Positions 39,785 through 49,192 of a stretch of DNA of 64,000 nucleotides are shown here, one piece after another. The position numbers and the translations under genes are program-made. The notes under the pieces are model-generated. The model had not been told where the DNA came from and did not search any database. It saw only the letters and a list, made by a program, of their open reading frames with translations. Source of the DNA: an uncultured bacterium (lineage in GTDB: Bacteria > Zixibacteria > MSB-5A5 > CAIYYT01). Location: assembly GCA_963726455.1 (NCBI GenBank), contig CAVSCK010000004.1, forward strand, positions 1,152,001-1,216,000, in the 5' to 3' direction. Position 1 is the first letter of the stretch; every line of letters starts with the position of its first letter.

Positions 39785-41797
39785 ATGTATCACAAGAAAT
39801 CAGTCGAATTTGGTGGTGAGACGAGGAATATTCTGACGCTCCCATTTGTATTGAATGATGTGAAACTCAAATCCGTTGTCACCGTAGCTTGTCTCTGTGC
39901 CGCGTTCGCTTTTGTATTCCTCACATATGAAGACGGCGCAAAGAATCGCAATCTCAGCAAGTCACGGGCTGAAAGCGATCCGCTGGAATGCGCACGATAT
40001 CTGGCTTCAATGCTAGCCACAGCGGACGCTGAGAATTCGATCTTTTCAGACCTGTCCTTGCGAGCAAGTCGCCTGGGCCTCGCAAAAAAGTCCGCCTATC
40101 TTGTTGGCCCAAATCTCCCGAGGGCCACCGACAAGCGTGAAGACTATCGTGATAAGGTTCGGTTGATAGGATGTGACAAGTCGGGAACCTCCGTCGATTC
40201 GGCTGTAGTCACTATCGAGCGTTTATCTGTCGGCAGGAGCAGGGATTGGAGACTCTTGGAGGTTGTTCGGGGAGCTGTTGACGCCGGACTCAATAACAAA
40301 GCGGAGACCATTGTTCCGCTTATGCATTCGAGCGATATACGGGCTAAAGCCTACCTGGCTTTGACAGTCGCTCGGGATTCCTCGATAACGGTCAAGTCTG
40401 AGTCATATGTTGATTCAGCGTACAGCATCAGCAAATTGGCGCAAGCCGATAGCCAATTAGTCATGCTCCTTCCGGAAATTGCTGGAAAATATCTGGATAT
40501 TGGTTGTACGAGCAAGGCACTCGATGTACTTCAAAGGTCAGAATCCACGGCAAACAATCTCAACGAGCCGAGCACTCTGGATATTCTCTCGGAGGTCGCG
40601 GAAATATATTTGCGCGCCAGAAGATTCGACGACGTCCTCAGAGTTGCAGGACAAATGACGAAGTCGTCGAACGGCGACATGCATCTCCAAATGCTCTCAT
40701 TGAAATGTAGTACGAGTGGCGAGTGTGATCTTGCGCGACAGATCGGGGACAGAATCACCAACGAAATCGTCAGAGCATCGGTGCTCGTGAATGCCGGCAA
40801 CTGTTACGCATCGCACAGCTTGAGCTATAGGGCGGTCGAAATCCTGCAAGCGGCCTCGTCGCTAGCTGTTGACACGGGCGACACTGGACAAAGGATCCGC
40901 CTCGTGAACAGAGTAGCTCGGAGCTTCTGCAGGATGGGCAGGAGTGATCTTGCCAGAGATGTTTTGAAAAATGCAGAAGAACTGGCGGCGACCGCGGACG
41001 ACTGGAGGGACGATGACTATACTGGAAGCAGGGAGGGTCATCGAGGAATGGTCGCTCAAGGTTATCTGCTGTGTGGGTTCCTGGCCGATGCCGAGCGAAT
41101 ACTCCGTACCATAGAGGATGCCTGCCTTGTTAACGAATTCATCGGCGAAATATACACCACCCTCGAATGCGAGGGCAAAGACTCAGAAGCTCAAGCCGTC
41201 CGACAACTTGAGCGTGAGAAACCCGCGCCACCGCAGCACAGTTCACAATTATTCGATTGGTATTTTGAAGATTCGCTAAATTCCGCACGAGCCGACGTTC
41301 TACTTGCCTCTGCGCAGACTGGGAAATCTGATACCGAGTCGGCGATCGACTCAATGTATTCCAGTAGATTCAAACCTGAGCTCCTCATTCGATACGCCGA
41401 GTTCTATTCGGTGCGAGGCGACACCGCCCACACTCGAGTTGCTATTACGGATGCGCTTATGCAATGCCACTTCGTCCTTGGCGGTGGCAGCGGCGATACG
41501 TTGGCAAGTAAAGTTGTCACTATCTGTGACAAACTGAACGATACGCTTTGCCCGTTCGATATGCTGTCGTCAGCCGATAGTACCAAGTCTATACCGGACA
41601 TCCTGGCTTTTGCCTCTGTCTACTGCCAACGTGGCGAATGGAACAAGTGCGTTGCCTTCGCTTCTCAAATCGCTAAACGGCAAGATAGGATCGCATTGCT
41701 TACTTCTCTAGCCGGCTGGTATTACATCCTCCAACCTTACTCCGGAGATCAACAAACCGAACTTCTCCGCAAGCTCGTCGCAATGAGTCAACAATGA
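39785..41797 (+). CDS. hypothetical helical-repeat (TPR-like) protein
   Basis: 670-aa ORF with an N-terminal hydrophobic segment and repeated LxxIAxxYxxxGxxxxAxxxL units. Atypical codon usage; start uncertain. Confidence 0.6.
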   Translation: MYHKKSVEFGGETRNILTLPFVLNDVKLKSVVTVACLCAAFAFVFLTYEDGAKNRNLSKSRAESDPLECARYLASMLATADAENSIFSDLSLRASRLGLAKKSAYLVGPNLPRATDKREDYRDKVRLIGCDKSGTSVDSAVVTIERLSVGRSRDWRLLEVVRGAVDAGLNNKAETIVPLMHSSDIRAKAYLALTVARDSSITVKSESYVDSAYSISKLAQADSQLVMLLPEIAGKYLDIGCTSKALDVLQRSESTANNLNEPSTLDILSEVAEIYLRARRFDDVLRVAGQMTKSSNGDMHLQMLSLKCSTSGECDLARQIGDRITNEIVRASVLVNAGNCYASHSLSYRAVEILQAASSLAVDTGDTGQRIRLVNRVARSFCRMGRSDLARDVLKNAEELAATADDWRDDDYTGSREGHRGMVAQGYLLCGFLADAERILRTIEDACLVNEFIGEIYTTLECEGKDSEAQAVRQLEREKPAPPQHSSQLFDWYFEDSLNSARADVLLASAQTGKSDTESAIDSMYSSRFKPELLIRYAEFYSVRGDTAHTRVAITDALMQCHFVLGGGSGDTLASKVVTICDKLNDTLCPFDMLSSADSTKSIPDILAFASVYCQRGEWNKCVAFASQIAKRQDRIALLTSLAGWYYILQPYSGDQQTELLRKLVAMSQQ

Positions 41798-41885
41798 CTG
41801 CGGTAGATCGAACTCGCTGCAGTCCTGACTTCCCGATTGCCTGAATATCTCAACACCTGTATCGTTCAATTCAAAAGGAACTGAC

Positions 41886-42371
41886 ATGCACATCCGCGAA
41901 GAAATCCCCATCAAGTCCTTCACCGTGGCCGCCTACATTTGTCGCATCGAATCTGGCCGCGGCCAATATCTGATCCTCAAACGCTGCACGCCTTATCTCG
42001 ATCAGACATGGCAAATGGTATCCGGAAAGATCGAAAAGGGCGATACCGCCTGGCAAGCCGCACTCCGCGAAATCAAAGAAGAAACCGGATTGATTCCCGA
42101 TCGTCTCTACTCTGTCAACGAAGTTGAACTATTCTACGAGGTCAGCCAGAACTGCATCAACCTCGTGCCGGTGTTTCTCGGATTCATTGATTCGCAGCAG
42201 ACTGTCAGACTCTCGGACGAGCACTGCGAATTCAGATGGGTCACTCCCGATGAAGCACAGCGACTACTGATCTTCGACCGTCATGCTAAGACCATCGCAC
42301 TGATCGAATCCCAATTCGTTCGCCGCCCACCACTTGACTTCCTGAGAATTCCAGCCGTGTACCCCAGTTGA
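41886..42371 (+). CDS. NUDIX hydrolase (NudB-like)
   Basis: WQMVSGKIEKGDTAWQAALREIKEETG Nudix box and LSDEH. Confidence 0.9.
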   Translation: MHIREEIPIKSFTVAAYICRIESGRGQYLILKRCTPYLDQTWQMVSGKIEKGDTAWQAALREIKEETGLIPDRLYSVNEVELFYEVSQNCINLVPVFLGFIDSQQTVRLSDEHCEFRWVTPDEAQRLLIFDRHAKTIALIESQFVRRPPLDFLRIPAVYPS

Positions 42372-42445
42372 AGCCTTGCGACAGGTGGGTTCTTCCATTG
42401 TCCTTCCCACTTGATCTCGCGAGGCGCTCCATGAAATACACCACC

Positions 42446-42490
42446 AAACACTAAAAAACACTTGCAAACAGTAAAATAACCGCCTATATT
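42446..42490 (+). promoter_or_regulatory. sigma70 promoter overlapped by 10-bp phased direct repeats
   Basis: TTGCAA (42462-42467), 17 bp, TATATT (42485-42490). AAACA(C/G)T at 42446, 42456 and 42466. Confidence 0.65.
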
Positions 42491-42522
42491 GCACCGTAGA
42501 ATTCTTTGATCTGGAGGAGATC

Positions 42523-43317
42523 ATGAAAACTGGCAGGTTGTTTTCCTTCGAGAATTATCCCTCGCTCGTGAATTCCGAGGCCTACTTCGAGAGAATCATG
42601 GTGGACGAGGGTGCCGGAATGAGGATCCTAAATCAGGTGCTCATTCTCTGTTCGTTCCTTTTTCTCTACGGCATCGTCATGGGAGCTTATCAAGGCGTGA
42701 CACAGGCGCTCGTCTCCGGCGTCAAACTCTCACTTCTCTTTACAGCAGCTCTGGTAATTTGCTTTCCCGCCTTTTTCATTGTGCAGTTCATCCTCGGTTC
42801 GCGTTTGAAATTGCACCAGATGATTTCGATGCTGCTCTCCGGCTTCGTGCTGATGGCGTCGATCATGCTCTCCTTCGTTCCGATCGTCGTCATCTTCCTG
42901 CTCACCGGCAGCAACTACTACTTTCTCCACCTGTTGCACATCGCGATTCTCGTTTTCGCCGGCATCTTCGGCATGAACACCATCGTACAGGCGCTGAAAT
43001 ATTCCTGTGAGAAGAAAGATGTCTACCCGAAAACCGGCGTAGTTGTCTTCCGCGTCTGGGTGATCATTCTGGCTTTCGTCGGCATCCAACTGGCGTGGAA
43101 CCTCAGACCGTTTCTGGGCGTGCAAGGCCAACCGTTCGAACTGTTCACGCGCCAGGAAGGCAATTTCTATACCGCCGTCATCTATGCGATTGATCAACTG
43201 ATTGCTCCCGAAAAGAACGCACCTGCCAAGAGTCAGTCCAGCAGCGCCGTTCGAACTCGCCCCGATACCCTGGCGCTCGAGAAATACATCTTTCAGGATA
43301 CGACTCGTGGAAAGTGA
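42523..43317 (+). CDS. uncharacterised multi-TM membrane protein
   Basis: About 5 TM helices and a QLAWNLRPFLG...NFY motif. GGAGG RBS. Confidence 0.8.
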   Translation: MKTGRLFSFENYPSLVNSEAYFERIMVDEGAGMRILNQVLILCSFLFLYGIVMGAYQGVTQALVSGVKLSLLFTAALVICFPAFFIVQFILGSRLKLHQMISMLLSGFVLMASIMLSFVPIVVIFLLTGSNYYFLHLLHIAILVFAGIFGMNTIVQALKYSCEKKDVYPKTGVVVFRVWVIILAFVGIQLAWNLRPFLGVQGQPFELFTRQEGNFYTAVIYAIDQLIAPEKNAPAKSQSSSAVRTRPDTLALEKYIFQDTTRGK

Positions 43318-43534
43318 CATCATGACTCTTGAGGAAGTGGCGGCGTATCTCAAGGTCACGCCGCAGACAATCTATACCTGGGCTCAGGAGAAACGCATCC
43401 CCGCCGCCAAGCTGGGCAAGGAATGGCGCTTCAAGAAGTCAATCATCGACCGGTGGTTCGTCTCCCATTTTGATTCCAAATTCAAGGATCTCGTCGACCC
43501 CGACCAAGCCGGCAACATCTCCGAGGACACCTAA
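43307..43534 (+). CDS. excisionase-like (HTH_17) DNA-binding protein
   Basis: IMTLEEVAAYLKVTPQTIYTWAQEKRIPAAKLGKEWRF. Start is GTG 43307 or ATG 43322, coupled to the upstream gene. Confidence 0.88.
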   Translation: MESDIMTLEEVAAYLKVTPQTIYTWAQEKRIPAAKLGKEWRFKKSIIDRWFVSHFDSKFKDLVDPDQAGNISEDT

Positions 43535-43605
43535 TTCCAAGTTCGCACCCCATCCAGTGCCGTAGGTTGGCGTTTCGAGTCCCATCGTTGTTCAGCCCCC
43601 GCTGT

Positions 43606-44172
43606 TCAGCTTCCCACCTGCACCGGATGCTTCCCCACCAGCACGCAGAAACCGTCCGACTCGATCCCCAGCGGCAGATTCATCAGATTATAAAAATTCT
43701 CCTGCGCGTTTATCCAGGTGATCTCCACAATTTCCCGCTCATTGAAATGCCTCCGAAGTTCCTCAAATGTCGCATCGGAAACATGTTTGTTACGCGTCGC
43801 CTCCTCCACATACGCCAACGCCGCCCGTTCGCGCTCGGAAAACAGCGGACTGATGCGATAGTCCGGCAGGGCGACAAACTTCTCCATACTGAGATGTTCA
43901 CGCATCGCAAACGAGTGCGCCAAGTCAAGGCAGAACTCGCATCCGTTGATCTGCGAGGTCAGACTCGTCACCAGTAGGTGCAGCTCCGGCTCCAGCTTGA
44001 TTCCTTTCATCTGAAACTTCTGCGTCTCATACGAATTACGCAGCGACTCCGGTATCCGCGCTGTCACCACCTTGATCGGCGTCATCACCTTCCCGAATTT
44101 TCGCCGTGTCATCCAGTACGCCAGGCGCATCTTGAGCCCCTTCGGCCTTTCAATCGGTTTGAGTCGTTCCAT
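43606..44172 (-). CDS. carboxymuconolactone decarboxylase / AhpD-family protein
   Basis: SQINGCEFCLDLAH and FSERERAALAY. Confidence 0.88.
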   Translation of the reverse strand: MERLKPIERPKGLKMRLAYWMTRRKFGKVMTPIKVVTARIPESLRNSYETQKFQMKGIKLEPELHLLVTSLTSQINGCEFCLDLAHSFAMREHLSMEKFVALPDYRISPLFSERERAALAYVEEATRNKHVSDATFEELRRHFNEREIVEITWINAQENFYNLMNLPLGIESDGFCVLVGKHPVQVGS

Positions 44173-44242
44173 ATATCCTCACTGTTTCTTTTCCGAACCG
44201 CTTTGTTCTCGGTTCAGCTAGATATCGTGACGACCGGCCTTC

Positions 44243-45181
44243 ATGTTTGCGCGATCTTATCAAATCCCCTACCTTCCTGCCATGTCGCTGCCACACAGAC
44301 AAAAATCTCGCCTCTCCGATCTGGCGCTGCTCTACGCCGCCGCCATCTGGGGCGCGACGTTCTTTATCGTCAAGGATTCGCTCAAGACCATCGATCCGGT
44401 CGTACTGGTCGGATATCGCTTTCTGCTGGCAGCCGCGGTGTTGGCTATCGGGTTGAAGATCGCGAAACGGCCGCTGTTTCTATACTGGAAAGAAAGCACG
44501 CTCCTCGGCATCATTCTCTGGGGATTGTACATTTCGCAGACTATTGGTTTGAAATACACGACGGCTTCGAACTCCGGCTTTATCACCGGCCTGTTCGTTG
44601 CGTTCGTGCCGTTCTTCACGCTGATGCTGAACCGCCGCGCACGGATCATGGCGCAAATGCCGGCGGTGTTGATCTCGCTGTTCGGCCTCTGGCTGCTGAC
44701 CGGCGGCCTGACTGATGTCAACCGCGGCGATTGGCTGACCTTGATCGCGGCAATGACTTACGCCTGGCACCTGCTCTATGTCGACCGCTTCGTCAAACAG
44801 GGTCTGGATGTTTACATCTTGTCGTTTCAACAATTTCTGTTTGTCGGCGCCCTGAGCTTGATCACTGCGGCCATCTTCCGACTGCCGTTCGTTCCCTCAT
44901 CGACCGACGCTTACGGCTATGTCGCCTTTCTAGCCATCCTGCCGACGCTTTCCGCATTTGTACTGCAGTTGATCGCGCAAAAGATCGTCCCCCCTATTCG
45001 CGTGTCGTTGATCCTCGCCCTCGAACCGGTGTTTGCCGCTCTCTTCGCTTGGACCCTCGGAGGCGAAACCTTCATCCTCCGCCGCGCACTTGGCGGGTTA
45101 TTGATTTTCGTCGCGATGGTCCTCAGCGACCTGCCGGCATTCATAGATCGCCGCCGATCGCAACTACCCACAACCGACTAG
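44243..45181 (+). CDS. DMT/EamA family transporter
   Basis: IWGATF, GLKYTTASNSGFITG and LEPVFAALF; ten TM segments. Confidence 0.92.
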   Translation: MFARSYQIPYLPAMSLPHRQKSRLSDLALLYAAAIWGATFFIVKDSLKTIDPVVLVGYRFLLAAAVLAIGLKIAKRPLFLYWKESTLLGIILWGLYISQTIGLKYTTASNSGFITGLFVAFVPFFTLMLNRRARIMAQMPAVLISLFGLWLLTGGLTDVNRGDWLTLIAAMTYAWHLLYVDRFVKQGLDVYILSFQQFLFVGALSLITAAIFRLPFVPSSTDAYGYVAFLAILPTLSAFVLQLIAQKIVPPIRVSLILALEPVFAALFAWTLGGETFILRRALGGLLIFVAMVLSDLPAFIDRRRSQLPTTD

Positions 45182-45248
45182 TCCGGAGGCACGGGACTAG
45201 AAACCCGGCATGCACCCCTAATCTCGAGATTGACTATGTCTGGATTGG

Positions 45249-45749
45249 CTACGTAACTTTGATTTGAGTTTTCGACTGCGAGCGTTGGACGGTCTTGCGC
45301 TTGGTGCTTTCGTCGAAGAGGTCGTAGTTGAATTTGGGTGACTGGGGATTGGTGCCGATTTCCACCATCGGTGTGCCGGCGCGATTCATACTTGCGGGCA
45401 CCCAGACCAATTCGAAGTTGAGCCGGCGTTTGTAATAGAAGATCAGATCGCGAAAACGCTGCAAGGTCTTGGTGGAGGCAATGCGATTGTTCACCTGATA
45501 GACAACAATCGGGGAATCGGTCAGCAACTCCAGCTTCTTCGCCTTGAAATGATCCTGGTTGAGTTGTACAAATCGGATCAGCGCAATCGCAGCGGCATAT
45601 TCGCATTCGTACCGGTTGCCCTCATATTGGGAACGGAACAGAACGCCGTAGTCGGGGATGGCAAACGAAATGATGCCGCGGTTTCGCGTCATCTTGTCAG
45701 GCAGTAGGTTTGAGCCGAAGAAGTAGCATTTCATATTCGTGATACGCAT
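45249..45749 (-). CDS. RNase HI-fold protein with degenerate active site
   Basis: CYFFGS, ECEYAAAI, TDSPIVVYQVN and WVPASMNRA are colinear with RNase HI motifs. Confidence 0.7.
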   Translation of the reverse strand: MRITNMKCYFFGSNLLPDKMTRNRGIISFAIPDYGVLFRSQYEGNRYECEYAAAIALIRFVQLNQDHFKAKKLELLTDSPIVVYQVNNRIASTKTLQRFRDLIFYYKRRLNFELVWVPASMNRAGTPMVEIGTNPQSPKFNYDLFDESTKRKTVQRSQSKTQIKVT

Positions 45750-45935
45750 GGCTGCAACTATCGTGCCTGAACAACGACATACGTGAATCTATACTATCGG
45801 GCGAATCATGATGGCTAACTTATTGTCACGTCAACAGATAAGATTGACCTACTGGCTGCCAGGGAAGAACCCGGATATTGAATCGGTATTACCGGCTGCC
45901 GGATAGATGCAGCCGTGTGCACAGGCGACGGGAAA

Positions 45936-46370
45936 TCACTCCAACGAGTCAGACAGACGCTTGTCGAAATCCTCGGGAACCGTCATGTATTTGGCGGTGG
46001 CTTCGGCGACCACGACGCCCTTGCTGTTGCGGGCAAGTCCGGTAGTCATGATAATCCGCCCTCGACGGTGCGTCATTCGGCCTTCGAATGTGAGCTCATC
46101 GCCCACATCGGCAGGCGCCTTATATCTGATTTCCATGGACGCAGTCACACACCTGATATCATGTGCGAGTATCGCTTTGAGCATAACCTCATCGAGAACC
46201 GTGGCGATCAGCCCCCCATGGACGATGCCCTTGTAGCCCTCGTGACGCTTGGCAGGAAGCCAGTGAGTGTGAGCCAGTTCGTCGCTTGCGTAAAAGGTAA
46301 GGTTGAGGCCGATTTCATTGCCCGGGCCGCAGACAAAGCAGCCGTGATAGCGTACTACTTCCCTTTCCAT
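45936..46370 (-). CDS. PaaI-family thioesterase
   Basis: CFVCGPGNEIGL and GIVHGGLIATVLDE. Confidence 0.9.
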   Translation of the reverse strand: MEREVVRYHGCFVCGPGNEIGLNLTFYASDELAHTHWLPAKRHEGYKGIVHGGLIATVLDEVMLKAILAHDIRCVTASMEIRYKAPADVGDELTFEGRMTHRRGRIIMTTGLARNSKGVVVAEATAKYMTVPEDFDKRLSDSLE

Positions 46371-46405
46371 GGGGTTACAAATTGCAGCAACGGCGCCGGA
46401 AAGTC

Positions 46406-46436
46406 AAATAAAAAGCCGCCCCGTTTGAGGCGGCTT
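46406..46436 (-). terminator. intrinsic terminator
   Basis: AAGCCGCC/GGCGGCTT stem, then a T-run on the minus strand. Confidence 0.7.
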
Positions 46437-46465
46437 GATTTGATCAATCGGAATAGGAAGATTTC

Positions 46466-47305
46466 TTACCGGAGGTGCGGCGCCGTCTGATAGCTATACT
46501 CGGTGTTGCCGGTGTTCGCAGTGACCTGTATGTTGCCACTGACATCAAAATTGGCAGTCACCGTCCAGCTATTCGAAATCTCGCCCTTCATGACCGTGAC
46601 GGTGAAGGTGATCGAGCCGGAAAGCGTGTACGCCGTCGTGTAGGGATCGTTGATCGGCTGCTTGTACACCACGTTGTCCAGGTTGGCCGCGAAAGTGTAC
46701 TTGTCGTGAGCTGAACCTGAATTAGTCTGATAGTAATCATCGAGGACAAACTGCCCCATGCCTACCAGTGTTCCGCCATTGAATGAGTAACTATTGAAAT
46801 CAACATTCAGGTAGATCGAGGCGTTTTGGTAGTCGTTCTCGACGCCCTTATATGTGCTGGTCTGGTGATGGATGAAATCCATTTGCTGGACATGATAGCT
46901 GAAATCCGCATCCATCCGGCCATACTCGACAAAGAAACGTGCGGAGTCCACCCAGACGTGGTTGTATTCCGTACCGGTAGTCAGGCCAAGGTATACGATG
47001 TTCCAGCCGTCCGAGTAGTTGTACAGCAGCGTGTCGTTGGGATTGAGTACTCCCCAATCAGGACGAATATCAATCGTGTCCATTGGAGCAACTTTGTACG
47101 GGTTCTTGCCAAAACGTAACGCCACCGACAAAGTGGAATCAATGGATGCCGCGATGGCGGCTTTCATGTTCTGGAAACTGGCTGAGTTGGGATCGCCTAT
47201 GATCTTGTTGTTTCCGGTTGAATTATCAGAGCATCCGGTTAATGTGAACATCAGCGCAAGGACAACAAACAGCCCTGCCAAACAACTGCGGCGCAACATA
47301 AGCAC
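46466..47305 (-). CDS. hypothetical lipoprotein (beta-rich)
   Basis: LTGC lipobox followed by SDNSTG; AAGGAG RBS. Confidence 0.75.
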   Translation of the reverse strand: MLMLRRSCLAGLFVVLALMFTLTGCSDNSTGNNKIIGDPNSASFQNMKAAIAASIDSTLSVALRFGKNPYKVAPMDTIDIRPDWGVLNPNDTLLYNYSDGWNIVYLGLTTGTEYNHVWVDSARFFVEYGRMDADFSYHVQQMDFIHHQTSTYKGVENDYQNASIYLNVDFNSYSFNGGTLVGMGQFVLDDYYQTNSGSAHDKYTFAANLDNVVYKQPINDPYTTAYTLSGSITFTVTVMKGEISNSWTVTANFDVSGNIQVTANTGNTEYSYQTAPHLR

Positions 47306-47319
47306 TCCTTTGAGTTAGA

Positions 47320-48240
47320 TTAAGTACCCAACAATTTCTGATCCAAGAGAACGAGCATGATCGCTTTCTGGATATGCAGTCGGTTTTCGGCCTGATCGAA
47401 AACCACCGAGTTGGGGCCGTCGATCACCGAATCGGTGATCTCGGCATTGCGGAGCGCCGGAAGGCAGTGCATGACGAGACAATCGGGCTTCGCCAGTTTC
47501 AACAGCGAATCATTAACCTGAAAGTCTTTTAGTAGATTTGCCTTTTCCTCCGCCAAGTGCTTCTGCCCCATACTCGCCCACACATCCGTATAGAGTACAT
47601 CGGCACCGGTAGCTGCTTCTTTAGGGTTATATATGACCTCGACACTCCCTACTTTCTCCGCTCGCGCCGCTGTGAGCAAATTTTGATCAGGCAAAGTGTT
47701 AGGGTGGGTGCCGATCACTACTTGAATCGGGAAACGTCTGGCCAGGTTTATCAGCGAGTTAGCCATATTGTTGCCGTCACCCAGGTAAACAATCCTTAGG
47801 CCGTCGAGCTTACCTTTCTTCTCGATGATCGTAAATGCATCACACAGGATTTGGCAGGGATGCAGCAAATCAGTTAACGCGTTAATCACGGGGATATCGG
47901 CGTGTTGGGCGAGCTGCTCGACATCGCTGTGGGCAAAGGTACGAATCGTGATCATGGCGAGGTAGCGCGATAACACCTTGGCCGCATCGTGTATCGATTC
48001 GCGCTTTCCCAACTCGATTTCCTTCTCGGTGATATACAGCGACGAGCCACCGAGCTCGGCGACGCCGACTTCAAAGGAGATGCGGGTGCGCAACGAGGCC
48101 TTATGAAAAATACAGCCGACGACCTTTCCGGCCAGCGGTTTGGGGGCAATCTTCTTCTTTTTCATGGAAGCGCACAGGTCGAAGACGCGATTGAGCTCGG
48201 CCGTGGTGAAGTCGGTTTCGGCGAGAAAATCTCTTTTCAT
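47320..48240 (-). CDS. argF: ornithine carbamoyltransferase
   Basis: SLRTRISFE, HPCQ, DVWASMG, HCLP and QAENR. Confidence 0.93.
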   Translation of the reverse strand: MKRDFLAETDFTTAELNRVFDLCASMKKKKIAPKPLAGKVVGCIFHKASLRTRISFEVGVAELGGSSLYITEKEIELGKRESIHDAAKVLSRYLAMITIRTFAHSDVEQLAQHADIPVINALTDLLHPCQILCDAFTIIEKKGKLDGLRIVYLGDGNNMANSLINLARRFPIQVVIGTHPNTLPDQNLLTAARAEKVGSVEVIYNPKEAATGADVLYTDVWASMGQKHLAEEKANLLKDFQVNDSLLKLAKPDCLVMHCLPALRNAEITDSVIDGPNSVVFDQAENRLHIQKAIMLVLLDQKLLGT

Positions 48241-48554
48241 CGTAGTTCTCCTTTATGTGGAAGTATCTCTTGACGCAAGTTGATCGGACTCTGACACACT
48301 CCACCGGGCGGCAAATGCGCTCCGGCTACTCCCGCGACGTACGGCATACGCCGCCGAGAGTTGCGGGAAATTATCAGCCCCCTCCTACTTAGTCAAGAGA
48401 ATTTCCTTGATAGTGTATTGCGATATCAACGATATTAATGCGACCGCAGGTGGGCCGGCGGCCGATCGTGCCGATAAGGAGTTTATCGCTCGCGGGGTGG
48501 TTGCCGGATCGACTGGACGGTTCACGAGCAAAGTGAATTAGAAAAGGAGAAGCC

Positions 48555-49121
48555 ATGCGCTGGTTTTTTGGAATCCTTATGATCCTCATCGGGTTTGCGA
48601 TTCTGGGGAACAATGTGGGGTGGTTTGATTTCAGTTTGGGAGAATTTATCGCCAAATTCTGGCCGCTGATTTTGATCGCCATCGGTATCGAAGAGATAGT
48701 GAGCCACTCACGCCGGCGTTATTGGTCCGGAGATAAGTGGACTGAATTTGTGGGCGAAAAGTTTTCGCGCACGGTCGGCGATGTGCATTTGAAGCCGTCG
48801 ACGCTGGACGCCGCCGGGTTGAAAGCCGATCAGGGTGCCGGCGACATTTCGATTGACCTCACGGCCACCGCGATGCAGCAGGGCGAAAACGTCGTGATCT
48901 GCAACCTCGGCATGGGCGATCTGGAGATCATTGTTCCGCCCAATATTCCTATACGCGCCAGTTGTGCTGCCGGAATTGGCGACATTCACGTTCTCGGCAA
49001 ACACAACAATGGTTTCGGCGCTCGACTGGAACATCAGGATGCCGATTATCCCAACGCCGACAAGAAGATTAATCTGACCGCCAAAGTAGGCCTCGGCGAT
49101 ATCAAGATCTCGCACGCGTAG
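48555..49121 (+). CDS. LiaF-like / cell-wall-stress membrane protein
   Basis: Two TM helices with KFWPLILIAIG, then GDIxI beta repeats. Confidence 0.75.
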   Translation: MRWFFGILMILIGFAILGNNVGWFDFSLGEFIAKFWPLILIAIGIEEIVSHSRRRYWSGDKWTEFVGEKFSRTVGDVHLKPSTLDAAGLKADQGAGDISIDLTATAMQQGENVVICNLGMGDLEIIVPPNIPIRASCAAGIGDIHVLGKHNNGFGARLEHQDADYPNADKKINLTAKVGLGDIKISHA

Positions 49122-49192
49122 AACGACGTGGCCCGTGGTGGAACAGGTTCCGTTGGAGTACTGAACAAACAATGGTATAGAGAAAACGTTTA

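Noticed and set aside
43307-43534. Prophage or ICE boundary marked by an excisionase
   Set aside because: No integrase, tRNA/att site or phage genes nearby.
47320-48240. N-acetyl/N-succinyl-ornithine transcarbamylase because of SLRT
   Set aside because: The DxxxSMG ornithine-binding motif of ordinary OTCase is intact.
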